In this document: piece after piece, positions 1 through 9,001 of the stretch
Layout of the letters: each line of letters starts with the position of its first letter
Position numbering within the stretch: the stretch's first letter is position 1
Virus record (IMG/VR): IMGVR_UViG_2899924645_000001
Span: 16,355 to 80,354 of that record
DNA from: a virus
Lineage: Duplodnaviria > Caudoviricetes
Reading direction: 5' to 3' (one strand)
Length of the DNA stretch: 64,000 nt
Notes under the pieces: model-generated
The model's database searches: none
What the model was told of the DNA's origin: nothing
Seen by the model: the letters and a program-made list of their open reading frames with translations, nothing else
Position numbers and translations under genes: made by a program

Positions 1-102
1 GCTCGCGGCCGTGGCTTTGCTCTGCGCGTCGAGCGGCTTGAGTTCGTTGACCGCCTTGGCCGCGCCGGCCAGGATCAGCTTGAGGGTTAGCGCGGTGGCC
101 AT
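1..102 (-). CDS. T: Tail tape measure protein, 5' end (runs off window)
   Basis: ATG at 102 reads MATALTLKLILAGAAKAVNELKPL...; position immediately downstream of E' in P2 order. Confidence 0.7.
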   Translation of the reverse strand, partial: MATALTLKLILAGAAKAVNELKPLDAQSKATAAS

Positions 103-123
103 GGTGGTTCGAAGGGGTTGCGG

Positions 124-252
124 TCAGTCGTCGTCGTGCTTGCTCGGGGCGTAGCGCTTGCGGGCGGCCTCGCGCCAATCCATCAGTTCGGCCAGGGGGA
201 GGCCGTCCATGTCCTGGGGGCGCCAGTGGAAGACGAGCGCCAGATCCGCCAT
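124..252 (-). CDS. E': Tail assembly GpE' segment (C-terminus of the E+E' frameshift product)
   Basis: MADLALVFHWRPQDMDGLPLAELMDWREAARKR matches the GpE' pattern; lies in the -1 frame of E. Confidence 0.85.
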   Translation of the reverse strand: MADLALVFHWRPQDMDGLPLAELMDWREAARKRYAPSKHDDD

Positions 253-260
253 GGCGTCCT

Positions 261-596
261 CTACGCGCTCTGCAAGACCGCGTCCCGAACCGCTTTCTTC
301 AACAAAAAACTGATAACGACGCCTCCCGCTTCGGACAGGTCCGCGGGGTCGAGCTGCGCGCACTCGGGCGGCGTGAGGCTGGGCGAGGTGATCCGCGGCA
401 GCAGCTTGAGCAGTTCGTCGGCGTCGGCGGCGTGCAGCCGCTGCAGCGAGAGGCCGCGCAGCTCGCCGGCGTTGGGCTTGCGCAGGACGATCTCGGCGAT
501 GGTGGTGGCGCCGCGCTGGATGGGCGTGTCGAGGGTGATGGTGTTGGGCACGCTGGGCGCAATGGTGGCGGTGGGCTGTTGGGCGTCGTCGTTCAT
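261..596 (-). CDS. E: Tail assembly chaperone GpE
   Basis: ITLDTPIQRG...LRKPNAGELRGLSL...LLPRITSPSLT...LDPADL pattern; position after FII. Confidence 0.9.
   Translation of the reverse strand: MNDDAQQPTATIAPSVPNTITLDTPIQRGATTIAEIVLRKPNAGELRGLSLQRLHAADADELLKLLPRITSPSLTPPECAQLDPADLSEAGGVVISFLLKKAVRDAVLQSA
303..309 (-). other. Programmed -1 ribosomal frameshift site TTTTTTG
   Basis: Minus strand reads AGT TTT TTG; a -1 slip gives SFFVEESGSGRGLAERVEDAMADL..., joining E to E'; same heptamer as P2 E/E'. Confidence 0.88.
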
Positions 597-649
597 GGTG
601 GTGGCTCGGTTCGAATGGGAAGGGCAGGGGGCGAGGTTGCGGCCTGGCG

Positions 650-1174
650 TCAGTTGACGCCAAAGGCCATGCCGATGGCCGCGCGGATGGCGTCGTACTG
701 GTCGGTGCCGCCGACGCGGAACACCATGCCGGGCACGTCGATCTCCAGCAGCTCCTGGGCATTGACGGTGAGCTTGTAGTAGCTCGCGGCGATGGTGAAC
801 TCATGGTCGTTGTCTTCGCCGGCCTTGGCCTCGTTCGGGTTCCACTCGCGCAGGCGGCCGCGAATGACGACTTCGGCGGCGGTCACCTGGCCGGTGGCTT
901 CGTCCTGATAGGCGCCGGCGAAACGGAAGATGTTGGCGCCGACGGTTTGCGAGCCCAGCATCGCGATGAGCTGGGTCTTCAGGCCGCCGGCCTTGATGCC
1001 CAGCTCGAGCTTTTCGTGGCCGAGGTCGATCTCGACCGGGCCGTGCATGCCGCCGGCGCGGTATTCCTCGGTCTTCTTCGTGATCTTGGGAAGGGTGACG
1101 CTGGGGATCTCGCCGACCCAGCTTTCGCCGTCGCCGAACATGGCGAAGTTCTTGAGTTTCTTGGGCAGTGCCAT
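650..1174 (-). CDS. FII: Major tail tube protein
   Basis: MALPKKLKNF...EEYRAGGMHGPVEIDLG...YYKLTVN. Confidence 0.95.
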   Translation of the reverse strand: MALPKKLKNFAMFGDGESWVGEIPSVTLPKITKKTEEYRAGGMHGPVEIDLGHEKLELGIKAGGLKTQLIAMLGSQTVGANIFRFAGAYQDEATGQVTAAEVVIRGRLREWNPNEAKAGEDNDHEFTIAASYYKLTVNAQELLEIDVPGMVFRVGGTDQYDAIRAAIGMAFGVN

Positions 1175-1210
1175 GGTGGTGCGCTCCTATGCGTGATGGG
1201 TTGACGCCGG

Positions 1211-2407
1211 TCAGGCGGCCTGCACGGCCGCGGCGAAGTTGGCGAGAAAGTCGTCGGTGATGGTCTGGCGGAAGCCCAGGTCTTCGAGCGGCGGCACCGG
1301 TGTGTAGCGGTAGCTGATGCGCAGGCGGCCGACGAAGAGCTCTTCTTTCGGGTTGAGGTCGGGATTGATGAAGGCCTCGAAGCCGATCAGGTAGCCGCCC
1401 GTCACGAGGTCTTTGCCCTTGGCGTTGATGTTTTCGAGCATGTCCTTCACGAGCGTGGGATGCATGGGCTTGTCCACGAACGTGAAATGCGCCTCGGCCA
1501 TCGTGTCTGCCAGCACCTGGGCGGTGCGGGTGTAGTTCTCGAAGAAGAACTTTCCGCCCTGGGCTTCGGTGGTGCGGTTGCCCCAGAAGCGGTAGCCGCT
1601 GCGGTTGATGATGGTCGTGACTTCGAGCGCGTTGAGGTAGGTCGTGTCGCTGCTCGGGCTCTGCAGGTCGAAGAACACGTCCGCGCTGATGCCCTGGGGA
1701 CCGTTGACCACGATGTTCGACAGGGTCTTGTGCCAGCCGATCTGCTGGTCGAGCTTGGCGCGCAGGCCGAGGGCATAGCCGATGGCCGGCACCGTCTCGA
1801 CGTCGTTGGCGACGGTGTCCCACGCGAGGAAGCTGGGCCAGATGACCATCAGCTCGCGCTTTCCGAACTTGGCGCGATACGTGGTGGCCTCCTCTTTCGT
1901 GGTGGCGTAGGCCATACCGTCGGCCTTGCGCGCCGCGATGTAGCCGAAGCCACGCAGCGCCTCGGCGACGACGCCGATCTCGACCGCGACGGCCTCGGTG
2001 TCCAGGCCAGGCGCGCCGATGATGCGCGGTTTGTAGCCGAGCTGGCCCTGGGCGGCCAGCAGCGCCTGCAGGCCGGTCTTCTGGCCGGTCGCCGTGGTGG
2101 TGCCGATGACGTTGCTGGTGGTGGCGGCGGCGTCGGCGCCGGGCTCGACGCGAACCACGATGGTGACGGCCTGCGCCTGCTGGCTGATTGCCTTCAGCGC
2201 CTTCGCCAGCGTGCCGGTCGCGCCCGCCTTGCCGACGCTGCCGCCGGGGTTGGTGAGCAACACCGGGGTGTTGAGCGGGAAGGCCGTTGCGTCGGCCTGC
2301 GGCGCGGTGGCCACGATGCCGATGATGGCCGTGCTGACGACGCGGATGGTCGCGCCGCCTTCCTCGACTTCGAAGACGCGTACGCCGTGGTGGTATTCGG
2401 TGGACAT
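1211..2407 (-). CDS. FI: Major tail sheath protein
   Basis: MSTEYHHGVRV...FPLNTPVL...KPRIIGAPGLD...GWHKTLSN...GYRFWGNRT. Confidence 0.96.
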   Translation of the reverse strand: MSTEYHHGVRVFEVEEGGATIRVVSTAIIGIVATAPQADATAFPLNTPVLLTNPGGSVGKAGATGTLAKALKAISQQAQAVTIVVRVEPGADAAATTSNVIGTTTATGQKTGLQALLAAQGQLGYKPRIIGAPGLDTEAVAVEIGVVAEALRGFGYIAARKADGMAYATTKEEATTYRAKFGKRELMVIWPSFLAWDTVANDVETVPAIGYALGLRAKLDQQIGWHKTLSNIVVNGPQGISADVFFDLQSPSSDTTYLNALEVTTIINRSGYRFWGNRTTEAQGGKFFFENYTRTAQVLADTMAEAHFTFVDKPMHPTLVKDMLENINAKGKDLVTGGYLIGFEAFINPDLNPKEELFVGRLRISYRYTPVPPLEDLGFRQTITDDFLANFAAAVQAA

Positions 2408-2444
2408 GGTGGAGTGCTCCTGTGGTGATTCGGGTTGCCTGCGG

Positions 2445-3080
2445 CTACTCGGCCGCGGGCGATTCAGTGGTCGAGGCGGCTTGCGCTTCGGCGGGCTCTT
2501 GCGCAGACCCCGCGGGCGGCGTTTCGAGCGGAGGGACGGAAAGGCTCGGCAGCAAGCCGGTCAGGGTTCGCTCCGACGGCTCGGCCATGGCGCCGGACTT
2601 CACGCGGTCGAGCAGTTCGTAGCAGGCGGCCCAAACCGCGGAGCGCCAGGCGCGCAGAGCGCGGCCTTCGTTTTGGAACTTGGGCACAGCGGGTTCCTCG
2701 GCGTAGGTCACCGCGGTCCTGATGTCGTCGTATCCGAGTGAGCGCGCCATCGCGTCCATGTATTCCTGCACATGGGCTCGTAGAGACGCAATGCGGTCAT
2801 CGATGGTGGTCGGCGCAGGAGGGGGTGGCGGTGGAGGCACGACTGACGGTTCAGGCTCGGGCATTGGCGGCAGCTGTTCCAAGGCCCACTTGCCGCGCAC
2901 CATGCGAGCCCGCATGCCGCTGGGGATATGCGGCGGCGTGGTTTCGGTCGCCAAGGCGGGGTTGAGCAGCGCATAGACCGGCTTGCCAGTGCGCTCCGTC
3001 GCAACGGGATCGAGCGGGTGCACGGACTCGCCCACGAGGAATCCGCTTTCGGGATCGATCAGATAGATGGTCTTGGTCAT
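2445..3080 (-). CDS. Tail fibre assembly/chaperone-like protein (Tfa-like N-terminus, Pro-rich linker, conserved phage C-terminal domain)
   Basis: Start MTKTIYLIDPESGFLVGES; directly after fibre gene; C-terminal LGYDDIRTAVTYAEEPAVPKFQNEGRALRAWRSAVW. Confidence 0.65.
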   Translation of the reverse strand: MTKTIYLIDPESGFLVGESVHPLDPVATERTGKPVYALLNPALATETTPPHIPSGMRARMVRGKWALEQLPPMPEPEPSVVPPPPPPPAPTTIDDRIASLRAHVQEYMDAMARSLGYDDIRTAVTYAEEPAVPKFQNEGRALRAWRSAVWAACYELLDRVKSGAMAEPSERTLTGLLPSLSVPPLETPPAGSAQEPAEAQAASTTESPAAE

Positions 3081-3096
3081 GGGGTGGGTGTCCAGG

Positions 3097-4227
3097 TCAG
3101 TAGCTGATCCACGCCGGGAAGGCCACGTTGCGGGGGCGCGCCTCCGAGCCATCCGAGTTGATCGAAATGCCCGTGCCGCTGTTGTTGAGCCAGATGCCGG
3201 TCTTCCGTGAATCGATGCCGACGTTGTGCGCATGGGCGCCGTCGTAGTTGATGGGCCTCGGCGAGTCGATGCTGAAGTCGGAGTACTGCCCCGTTCCACG
3301 GTCCGAGTCCGCCACGTTCTGCGGGACTTGCATGCCGTGGTTGTGCGCCCCTTGTGAGTCGGTCCAGCCGCCGTGCACGTGGCCGGGATCGTTCACGAAG
3401 TGGCCGTGGCCGGGGTCCGTAACGCCGTGGGTGTGGGCGGCGTTGCTGCCGGCCTCGGCTGAGCGCAGCACGCGCGAGGCATTGACGCCTCGTCCGTTGT
3501 CCAGGCATCGGATGAACTCGCCGCGAAGATCCACGAGAGAGAACGTGCCGGAGCCGGAGAGTCCCAGCCGCGCGACCAAGTCGGGGTAGTTGGCCTGCTC
3601 ATAGCTCACGTCGGCGCGCACGGGCAGATAGCCGGGAATGCTCGACGGGTTGTCGTAGCTGTACAGCAGCATGCCGGGCTGATGCCAGGGCGCGCGCACG
3701 TAGGCGGTGCCGTTCCAGACCATTTGCCGGATATGCGGGGTCTGCACCGTGATGACGGGGCCGATGTTCACGGCGGGGACGGCGACGATGGGACCGCGGA
3801 ACGCATACATCGGATGCGGGTCCGGGTCCGCGAAGTGAGCGGCGAGATCCGCGTCGGTGGCGTACTGAGGATGCGGATTGACCTTGGCCTCGTGCGCGGC
3901 CGTCGAGTCGCTGAGTGCCGCATTCAGCTCGGCCGCGGTGTGGCCCCAGCGCGTCCATTTCGTCGCGTCGCTGCCGGGCGGGACGTTGAGGCTGTCGCCA
4001 ACGCTGCGCCACGTGGTGCCGGCGTAGCTGACATAGGCCACATTGGCGGGGTAGCTCAAGGCCGGGTCCCACGGCGTGACGTTGCGCACACGCAGGTAGC
4101 GGGTGCGGTTCGCCAGCTCGCGCGGCGGGCGGTTGTCGATGCCCGAGGGGCCACCGAGGACCGGGTCATCTTCCTCGATCTGGTAGATGCCGGTTTCCCA
4201 CTGGTCGGTTTCGTTGAGATTGGCCAT
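3097..4227 (-). CDS. H: Tail fibre protein with collar domain
   Basis: N-terminal WETGIYQIEEDDPVLGGPSGIDN; collar-like YPDL...GTFSLVDLRGEFIRCLDNGRGV; HxH repeats; C-terminal EARPRNVAF. Confidence 0.88.
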   Translation of the reverse strand: MANLNETDQWETGIYQIEEDDPVLGGPSGIDNRPPRELANRTRYLRVRNVTPWDPALSYPANVAYVSYAGTTWRSVGDSLNVPPGSDATKWTRWGHTAAELNAALSDSTAAHEAKVNPHPQYATDADLAAHFADPDPHPMYAFRGPIVAVPAVNIGPVITVQTPHIRQMVWNGTAYVRAPWHQPGMLLYSYDNPSSIPGYLPVRADVSYEQANYPDLVARLGLSGSGTFSLVDLRGEFIRCLDNGRGVNASRVLRSAEAGSNAAHTHGVTDPGHGHFVNDPGHVHGGWTDSQGAHNHGMQVPQNVADSDRGTGQYSDFSIDSPRPINYDGAHAHNVGIDSRKTGIWLNNSGTGISINSDGSEARPRNVAFPAWISY

Positions 4228-4805
4228 CAGGCGCTTCCGTGGTTGTAGGCGCCGTCACGTCGGGTGGCGCCGTTGTGGCTGTTGGCGACCGATGCGTAGC
4301 GCAGCGCGACCAGATGGCAGCGCGCCGGCGCGACGGACGGCAGGAGCTTGCGCAGGCGCTCGGCCTGGGCATTGGTGATGGGGCGCTGCAGCGCGACCAT
4401 GTAGGTCGCCCAGGAGCTGGCGAGCGAGGCGTGGGGATAGACGCCGTTGCGGCGGAACGTGCCGTCGTGGGTGCGACCGCCAATGCGCTCGATGATGTCC
4501 ACCTCGCCGAAGCCCAGCGAGCGGATCAGCAGGCGGATCGCCCAGGGCGTGCCTTTGTGCCGATGGATCTCGATCGAGTTCAGGATCAGCGCACGTTTGG
4601 CGTCGTCGGAGCGGGCGTCCTGCCATGCCTCCACGGAGAGCGTCCACGAGAGCCATGGCAGCAGCGGCGCGAGGCAAAGCATGGCCGTCCACAGGTGCCG
4701 CAGGCCATCGGTGTCCAGATCCAGCGGTGACGCGCCCGCGAGCGCCAGCTCCAGCGGCGTGCGGTTGGGCGGCAGCAAGCGCTGCGAAGGGGCGAGGCTA
4801 GACAC
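4227..4805 (-). CDS. I: Phage tail protein I
   Basis: RLLPPNRTPLE...LLPWLSWTLSVEAW...HRHKGTPWAIR. Confidence 0.92.
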   Translation of the reverse strand: MSSLAPSQRLLPPNRTPLELALAGASPLDLDTDGLRHLWTAMLCLAPLLPWLSWTLSVEAWQDARSDDAKRALILNSIEIHRHKGTPWAIRLLIRSLGFGEVDIIERIGGRTHDGTFRRNGVYPHASLASSWATYMVALQRPITNAQAERLRKLLPSVAPARCHLVALRYASVANSHNGATRRDGAYNHGSA

Positions 4806-5694
4806 GGACTACCTCTTCGAGGATGTTGATGGCCGTCACGCGAACCCACTGGGTTTTCGTGCACAGGATGTCCGTCGGCGGCTGCGTGATCTCGACACGG
4901 TCGACACCCGGCTGATGGAGCGCGGCGTCGATGCCGGAGTGAGGCAAGCCCTTGCCGAGCTTGCGGATCTGCTTGAGCCACTTCGCCAGCGCCGCCTCGC
5001 CGTTCTCGACGGCCACCTCGCCCGCAGGCCCTTCGTAGCGATACACCTTCGCTGTGATGGCGGTCTCGAAGATCTCCGCACCCTGCACAGGCACGCTGTC
5101 GCAAAGCGGGCGGATCTTCTCGGCGTTGAGCGCAGCGCTCACGGTGTTGAGCAGCGCTTCGGAGGCAACGCCGCTCGCGGACGTAGAAAGCACCGTGACG
5201 CGCACGGTTCCGGGGAGTGGGCTGTCGACCTGCGCGTCGGCCACCTCGGCACTGGCCGTGAGGGCGTGATAGCGATAGCTTTCCGTCGGGCCTGCCGTTG
5301 TGATGCCTTCGGGCGCGAGTTGGATGCGCTCGCGGAAGCGTTCGTCGTCTTCGTAGACGGCCTCGACCGGCGGCACCGCGTCAGGGTCGGCCGGCGTGAC
5401 CAGCAGGCGGGAAACCCGATAGTTCGCGCCGAGGTTGTCGAGGTCCGTCTTCGTCGCGTAGGCGAGCATGCAGGCCTTGGCCGCATCGTTGATGCGCTGG
5501 CGCATTTCCAGCTCTTGGTAGGCCTGCACCTGCAGCAGCTTCATCGCCGGATCGGATTCGAGCAACAGCGTGTAGTCGAAGCCGACCTTTCTGCATTCGT
5601 CCTTAAAGAGCGCAACCCGCTTGGCGAGGATGGCCTCGTAGTCCAGCGTTTCGATGACGGCCGGCGCGGGCAGCAGCGACATGTCCAGGCTCAT
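4798..5694 (-). CDS. J: Baseplate assembly protein J
   Basis: LPAPAVIETLDYEAIL...ESDPAMKLL...TAGPTESYRYHALTA. Confidence 0.95.
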   Translation of the reverse strand: MSLDMSLLPAPAVIETLDYEAILAKRVALFKDECRKVGFDYTLLLESDPAMKLLQVQAYQELEMRQRINDAAKACMLAYATKTDLDNLGANYRVSRLLVTPADPDAVPPVEAVYEDDERFRERIQLAPEGITTAGPTESYRYHALTASAEVADAQVDSPLPGTVRVTVLSTSASGVASEALLNTVSAALNAEKIRPLCDSVPVQGAEIFETAITAKVYRYEGPAGEVAVENGEAALAKWLKQIRKLGKGLPHSGIDAALHQPGVDRVEITQPPTDILCTKTQWVRVTAINILEEVVRV

Positions 5695-6035
5695 GCGCCT
5701 CCCGCAACAGTGACGGTGAAGGTGGTGCTGTCGACGCTATTGGTGTCGCGACGCACGATGTGCAGCTGGCACTTGCCCTGTGCGGTGAAGGCGACGCGCA
5801 CGCTCAGCAGGCGGGTGCGTGGCTCCCACTTCATGATGGCCTGGGCGGTCGCCGCGATGAGGCGCAGGCGATTCGCCGCGGTGGCCGGGTGGTCGACCAT
5901 CTGCGGCAGGTAGCTGCCGTAGTTGCGGCGCATCAGGCGCGTGCGGATGGGCGTCGTCAGGATGTCATTGATGGACTGCGCGATGTGCTCTCGGCGCGTG
6001 AGCACCTTGCCTGTGGCCCTTGAGATCCCGCTCAT
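5691..6035 (-). CDS. W: Baseplate wedge protein W (GPW/gp25 family)
   Basis: MSGISRATG...HIAQSINDILTTPIRTRLMRRNYGS...KWEPR. Confidence 0.92.
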   Translation of the reverse strand: MSGISRATGKVLTRREHIAQSINDILTTPIRTRLMRRNYGSYLPQMVDHPATAANRLRLIAATAQAIMKWEPRTRLLSVRVAFTAQGKCQLHIVRRDTNSVDSTTFTVTVAGGA

Positions 6036-6787
6036 GCCACTGCACCGCCTGCAGTACGCCCGCCTGCGTCCTGCTCGATGTGGCCATGGCCTTGCACGCT
6101 GATATCGCCGGCGACGATGTCGCCGCCATCGGTCGTGATGCCATGGCCGTTGATGAAGGTCATGTCGCCGTCGATCTCGGCAGTCTTGCCGCCTGGGCCG
6201 GCGCCAGACCCAGCCATGCCCGCGGTAAAGGTGAACAGACCTTGCACCAGCAGCTGGCCGGTGGCGATGGTCTTCGGGGCGTCGAGCGTGATCTGCTGCG
6301 AGTGCACCTTCGCGCTCTCGCTGGCCGTCACGTCGGCCGTCTTGCATTTCACGGTGATCGCGTCGGGAACCTCGATGTCCGCGGTGCCGGCGGCGGGCAG
6401 CGTGACCTTGAGCTTGTGGGCGGCGTGGTCGTACTCCACGACGGCGCCGTCGGGGTACTTCGTGACGGTCTTGTTGGGGTCGGAGCTGGGCGCGGGGTGG
6501 CTCTCGGTGGGCAGGCCCGGCAGCGCGTAGCCGCCCTCGGTCATTCCATTGGGGGAGAGGAACAGCACGCACTCTCCAACGGTCGGCGGGTTCCATGTGC
6601 CGGTTTTGCCTGCTCGCAGTTCGACGTAGGGCCGCCAGTCGGTGCTGCCCTTCTCTGTGAGCTGCACGCGCACGAGCGGCGGAGTGGCGCTGTGGTCCAC
6701 GTCGGTGATGGTGCCCATGCGAACGACGTTCGCCATCTGGCGTTGCAGGTCGGCAAAAAGTTGCGGCGATTCGGTTGGTCCGGGCAT
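6032..6787 (-). CDS. V: Baseplate spike protein V
   Basis: VVRMGTITDVD...RAGKTGTWNPPTVGECVLFLSPNG...YPDGAVVEYD; C-terminal HGH. Confidence 0.93.
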   Translation of the reverse strand: MPGPTESPQLFADLQRQMANVVRMGTITDVDHSATPPLVRVQLTEKGSTDWRPYVELRAGKTGTWNPPTVGECVLFLSPNGMTEGGYALPGLPTESHPAPSSDPNKTVTKYPDGAVVEYDHAAHKLKVTLPAAGTADIEVPDAITVKCKTADVTASESAKVHSQQITLDAPKTIATGQLLVQGLFTFTAGMAGSGAGPGGKTAEIDGDMTFINGHGITTDGGDIVAGDISVQGHGHIEQDAGGRTAGGAVA

Positions 6788-6791
6788 GCGC

Positions 6792-6853
6792 CCAATGTGC
6801 CGAAACGCTCTCGCGTGCGCGAGCGAAGGCAACGGTGCATGCCGCGGGCACTG
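6792..6853 (-). promoter_or_regulatory. Putative late promoter upstream of V
   Basis: CCAATG (6792) and GCGGGCACTG (6844), 52 bp apart; same pair occurs upstream of O. Confidence 0.45.
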
Positions 6854-6881
6854 AAGGGGCGTTGCGCGGCGCCCTCGAATG

Positions 6882-7385
6882 TCAGCCGTTGGCGGTGACG
6901 TGGTGCAGCAGGATGTCGGTGACGGCGTCTTCGTCCGCTGGTGTGAAGCCCAGCAGCTCGCGCTTCGGATACTGCACGGTCGGGCTGTTCGGCTTGCGCC
7001 AATCGACCTTGTCGCGCAGGCCGCGCTGGTGCACGCGGGCGATGCGGGCGGACTTTTCGCCGATGTAGATCGTGGCGCTACCGGCCGTTGCCGCCTTGCG
7101 CAGATACTGCGCGGTCCTCAGTTTTTCGAACATCTTGCGGCGGATCTCACCTTTCTTGTTTCGCAGCTGCTTGCGCGGCTTCCTGGGCTCGTAGGGCGTA
7201 CCGTCCGGGTTGAGCTGCGCTCCGATGCGTTCCGCCTGGCTCCGCCGAAGGTAGGTCGAGATCTGCACCATGGCCGCGCGCCGGCGCTCGGGCGAAAGGC
7301 CGGCCATCAGTGGCGCGGCCCAGTTCGCGAGGCGGTTGAGCGCATCGGCCACGGTCAGCTTTCGTCCAGCGGGTGGATGCGCCAC
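6882..7385 (-). CDS. S: Tail completion/virion morphogenesis protein S (true start probably GTG near 7352)
   Basis: LRRSQAERIGAQLNPDGTPYEPRK...KMFEKLRTAQYL...ARIARVHQRGLRD...YPKRELLGF. Confidence 0.92.
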   Translation of the reverse strand: MAHPPAGRKLTVADALNRLANWAAPLMAGLSPERRRAAMVQISTYLRRSQAERIGAQLNPDGTPYEPRKPRKQLRNKKGEIRRKMFEKLRTAQYLRKAATAGSATIYIGEKSARIARVHQRGLRDKVDWRKPNSPTVQYPKRELLGFTPADEDAVTDILLHHVTANG

Positions 7386-7840
7386 TCCGCTTCAAGGTCG
7401 AGAATCGATTCGACTGGCTCGGCACCAGCGAGCACGGGCTCGCCGATGTGCCGGGTCGTGAGCCGGTTGACGCCGTCGACGGTGCCGCCTTGAACGGCGA
7501 CGGTCTCGGTGAGGTCGATCTCGAAGCCGATGTCGGACGTGGCGTGATCGATGATCTCCACCTCGAAGCGAAAGGCCTTCGCGCGTCGCTCGGGGTTCTC
7601 GAAGATGTCGGGCTGATTGCACTTGAGCCAAGCCACGACGGGCACGACGATCACGTCGGTGCTGCCGCTCCAGTCCGTCACGACGATATTCAGCGTATAC
7701 CGGTACTCGAAGGACAGCGCCGGCGTGCCCGTGTGGACGATGTTGCCGCGCTCGATGAAGACCGTGAGCTTTTCCGGGTTGGTGGCCAGCTCCGGACAGG
7801 CGCGGGTGATGTGGTCGCGCAGCAGCTGCGGCTTCTTCAT
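7355..7840 (-). CDS. R: Tail completion protein R
   Basis: MKKPQLLRDHI...NPEKLTVFIERG...SFEYRYTL...WLKCNQPD. Confidence 0.93.
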   Translation of the reverse strand: MKKPQLLRDHITRACPELATNPEKLTVFIERGNIVHTGTPALSFEYRYTLNIVVTDWSGSTDVIVVPVVAWLKCNQPDIFENPERRAKAFRFEVEIIDHATSDIGFEIDLTETVAVQGGTVDGVNRLTTRHIGEPVLAGAEPVESILDLEAEWRIHPLDES

Positions 7841-7843
7841 GGT

Positions 7844-8377
7844 TCAGTGCTCGTTCGCCTCGGCGGCTAGGGCGTCGCCGAAGAGGGCGCGGTCGGCGCG
7901 GATGATGTCGGCAAGGAGCTGGATTCGCTGATCGCGGTCGACAAGATCCGCGCGGAGCTGTTCAGCCACGCGTCGACCCTCTGCAAGGCTGGCGTCGAGT
8001 CGGGCTGCATGGCTTGCAAGACGGTCGCGCTCAGCTGCGCCGGCCTTGGACATAGCGAGGTACTGAGCGGCCCGCCCTTCGGCGGCGCGCTGCAGGCGCT
8101 CAGCATCAGCGATGCGAGCAGCGCCATCGACAGCAGCAGGCGCTTGTACGGCGTGGAAGTCGTCGACGGCGCGGGTGACGCTGTTGGCATGGCCTTGTTC
8201 CTTGGTTCGGGAGGTGTTGGTCTCTTCGAGAGCAGCAGTGGCTCGGCTCTTCGTGTCGCTGTCCCACGCCTGCTGTACCCGTGCGGCGCCGTGCTCATCG
8301 CCGACCCAGTACGAGGGCAAGGCCGAGGCAGCGGCGATCAACACCGCGGCCGCTAGGGCGATCAGCGCGGATTTCAT
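7844..8377 (-). CDS. Inner-membrane spanin (Rz/LysB-like)
   Basis: N-terminal TM segment MKSALIALAAAVLIAAASAL followed by Ala-rich coiled coil; follows endolysin. Confidence 0.8.
   Translation of the reverse strand: MKSALIALAAAVLIAAASALPSYWVGDEHGAARVQQAWDSDTKSRATAALEETNTSRTKEQGHANSVTRAVDDFHAVQAPAAVDGAARIADAERLQRAAEGRAAQYLAMSKAGAAERDRLASHAARLDASLAEGRRVAEQLRADLVDRDQRIQLLADIIRADRALFGDALAAEANEH
7867..8190 (-). CDS. Outer-membrane lipoprotein spanin (Rz1/LysC-like), embedded out of frame in Rz
   Basis: Lipobox LASLMLSA|C followed by Pro-rich SAPPKGGP...CPRPAQL; start uncertain. Confidence 0.7.
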   Translation of the reverse strand: MPTASPAPSTTSTPYKRLLLSMALLASLMLSACSAPPKGGPLSTSLCPRPAQLSATVLQAMQPDSTPALQRVDAWLNSSARILSTAISESSSLPTSSAPTAPSSATP

Positions 8378-8994
8378 GAGGTGGACAGCAGGGCTTCGAG
8401 CGCCCGATTGCACCGCTCGACACGGTCGCTGCGGCCGGCCATTGCTGCGCCGTTGATGCTGCGCGTGATGGCATCGAGCTGCCATCGGTCGGCGAGGGCG
8501 TTGAGGCCATTGGCCTTCCAGTACCACGCGCCGACCAGCACAGCGGCTTCCGGGTCCGCGACACGGTCCGGGTTCTGTTCAAGCGGAATGCCCAGGGCAG
8601 AGGCTGCCGTTCGATAGTTGCCGCGACCGGTGAGGTGCGGGAGGCCTCGGCCGCGGTAGTTCCAACCATCGCCGCTGGCTTCGCTGCCGTTGCCGTTCCG
8701 GTTGGCATAGACCCTGTTCGCGAGCGCCTTGGGCTGGCGCGTGAAGGCTCGCGCTTTCTCCACCTCGCGCAACGCGGAGAACATCTGCGCGATGCGTGCG
8801 GGGTCGGTGTAGTAGAGGTTTTCTTCCAGGCGAGTGAACCCGCTGGTTTCGTGGCTGTACTGGCCGATGAAGGCGGCCATCCGCCGGGGCGTGTCGATCT
8901 CGAACCGATCGAACGCGGCGATCAGGTGTGGCAGCAAGACACGTGCGACGGTCGGCGTGATGCCGGCGGCAATGAGCTGGGGCAGGTTGAGCAT
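8374..8994 (-). CDS. Endolysin, glycoside hydrolase family 19
   Basis: AAFIGQYSHETSGFTRLEENL...YRGRGLPHLTGRGNY...ITRSING. Confidence 0.92.
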   Translation of the reverse strand: MLNLPQLIAAGITPTVARVLLPHLIAAFDRFEIDTPRRMAAFIGQYSHETSGFTRLEENLYYTDPARIAQMFSALREVEKARAFTRQPKALANRVYANRNGNGSEASGDGWNYRGRGLPHLTGRGNYRTAASALGIPLEQNPDRVADPEAAVLVGAWYWKANGLNALADRWQLDAITRSINGAAMAGRSDRVERCNRALEALLSTS

Positions 8995-9001
8995 GGCGGC
9001 T

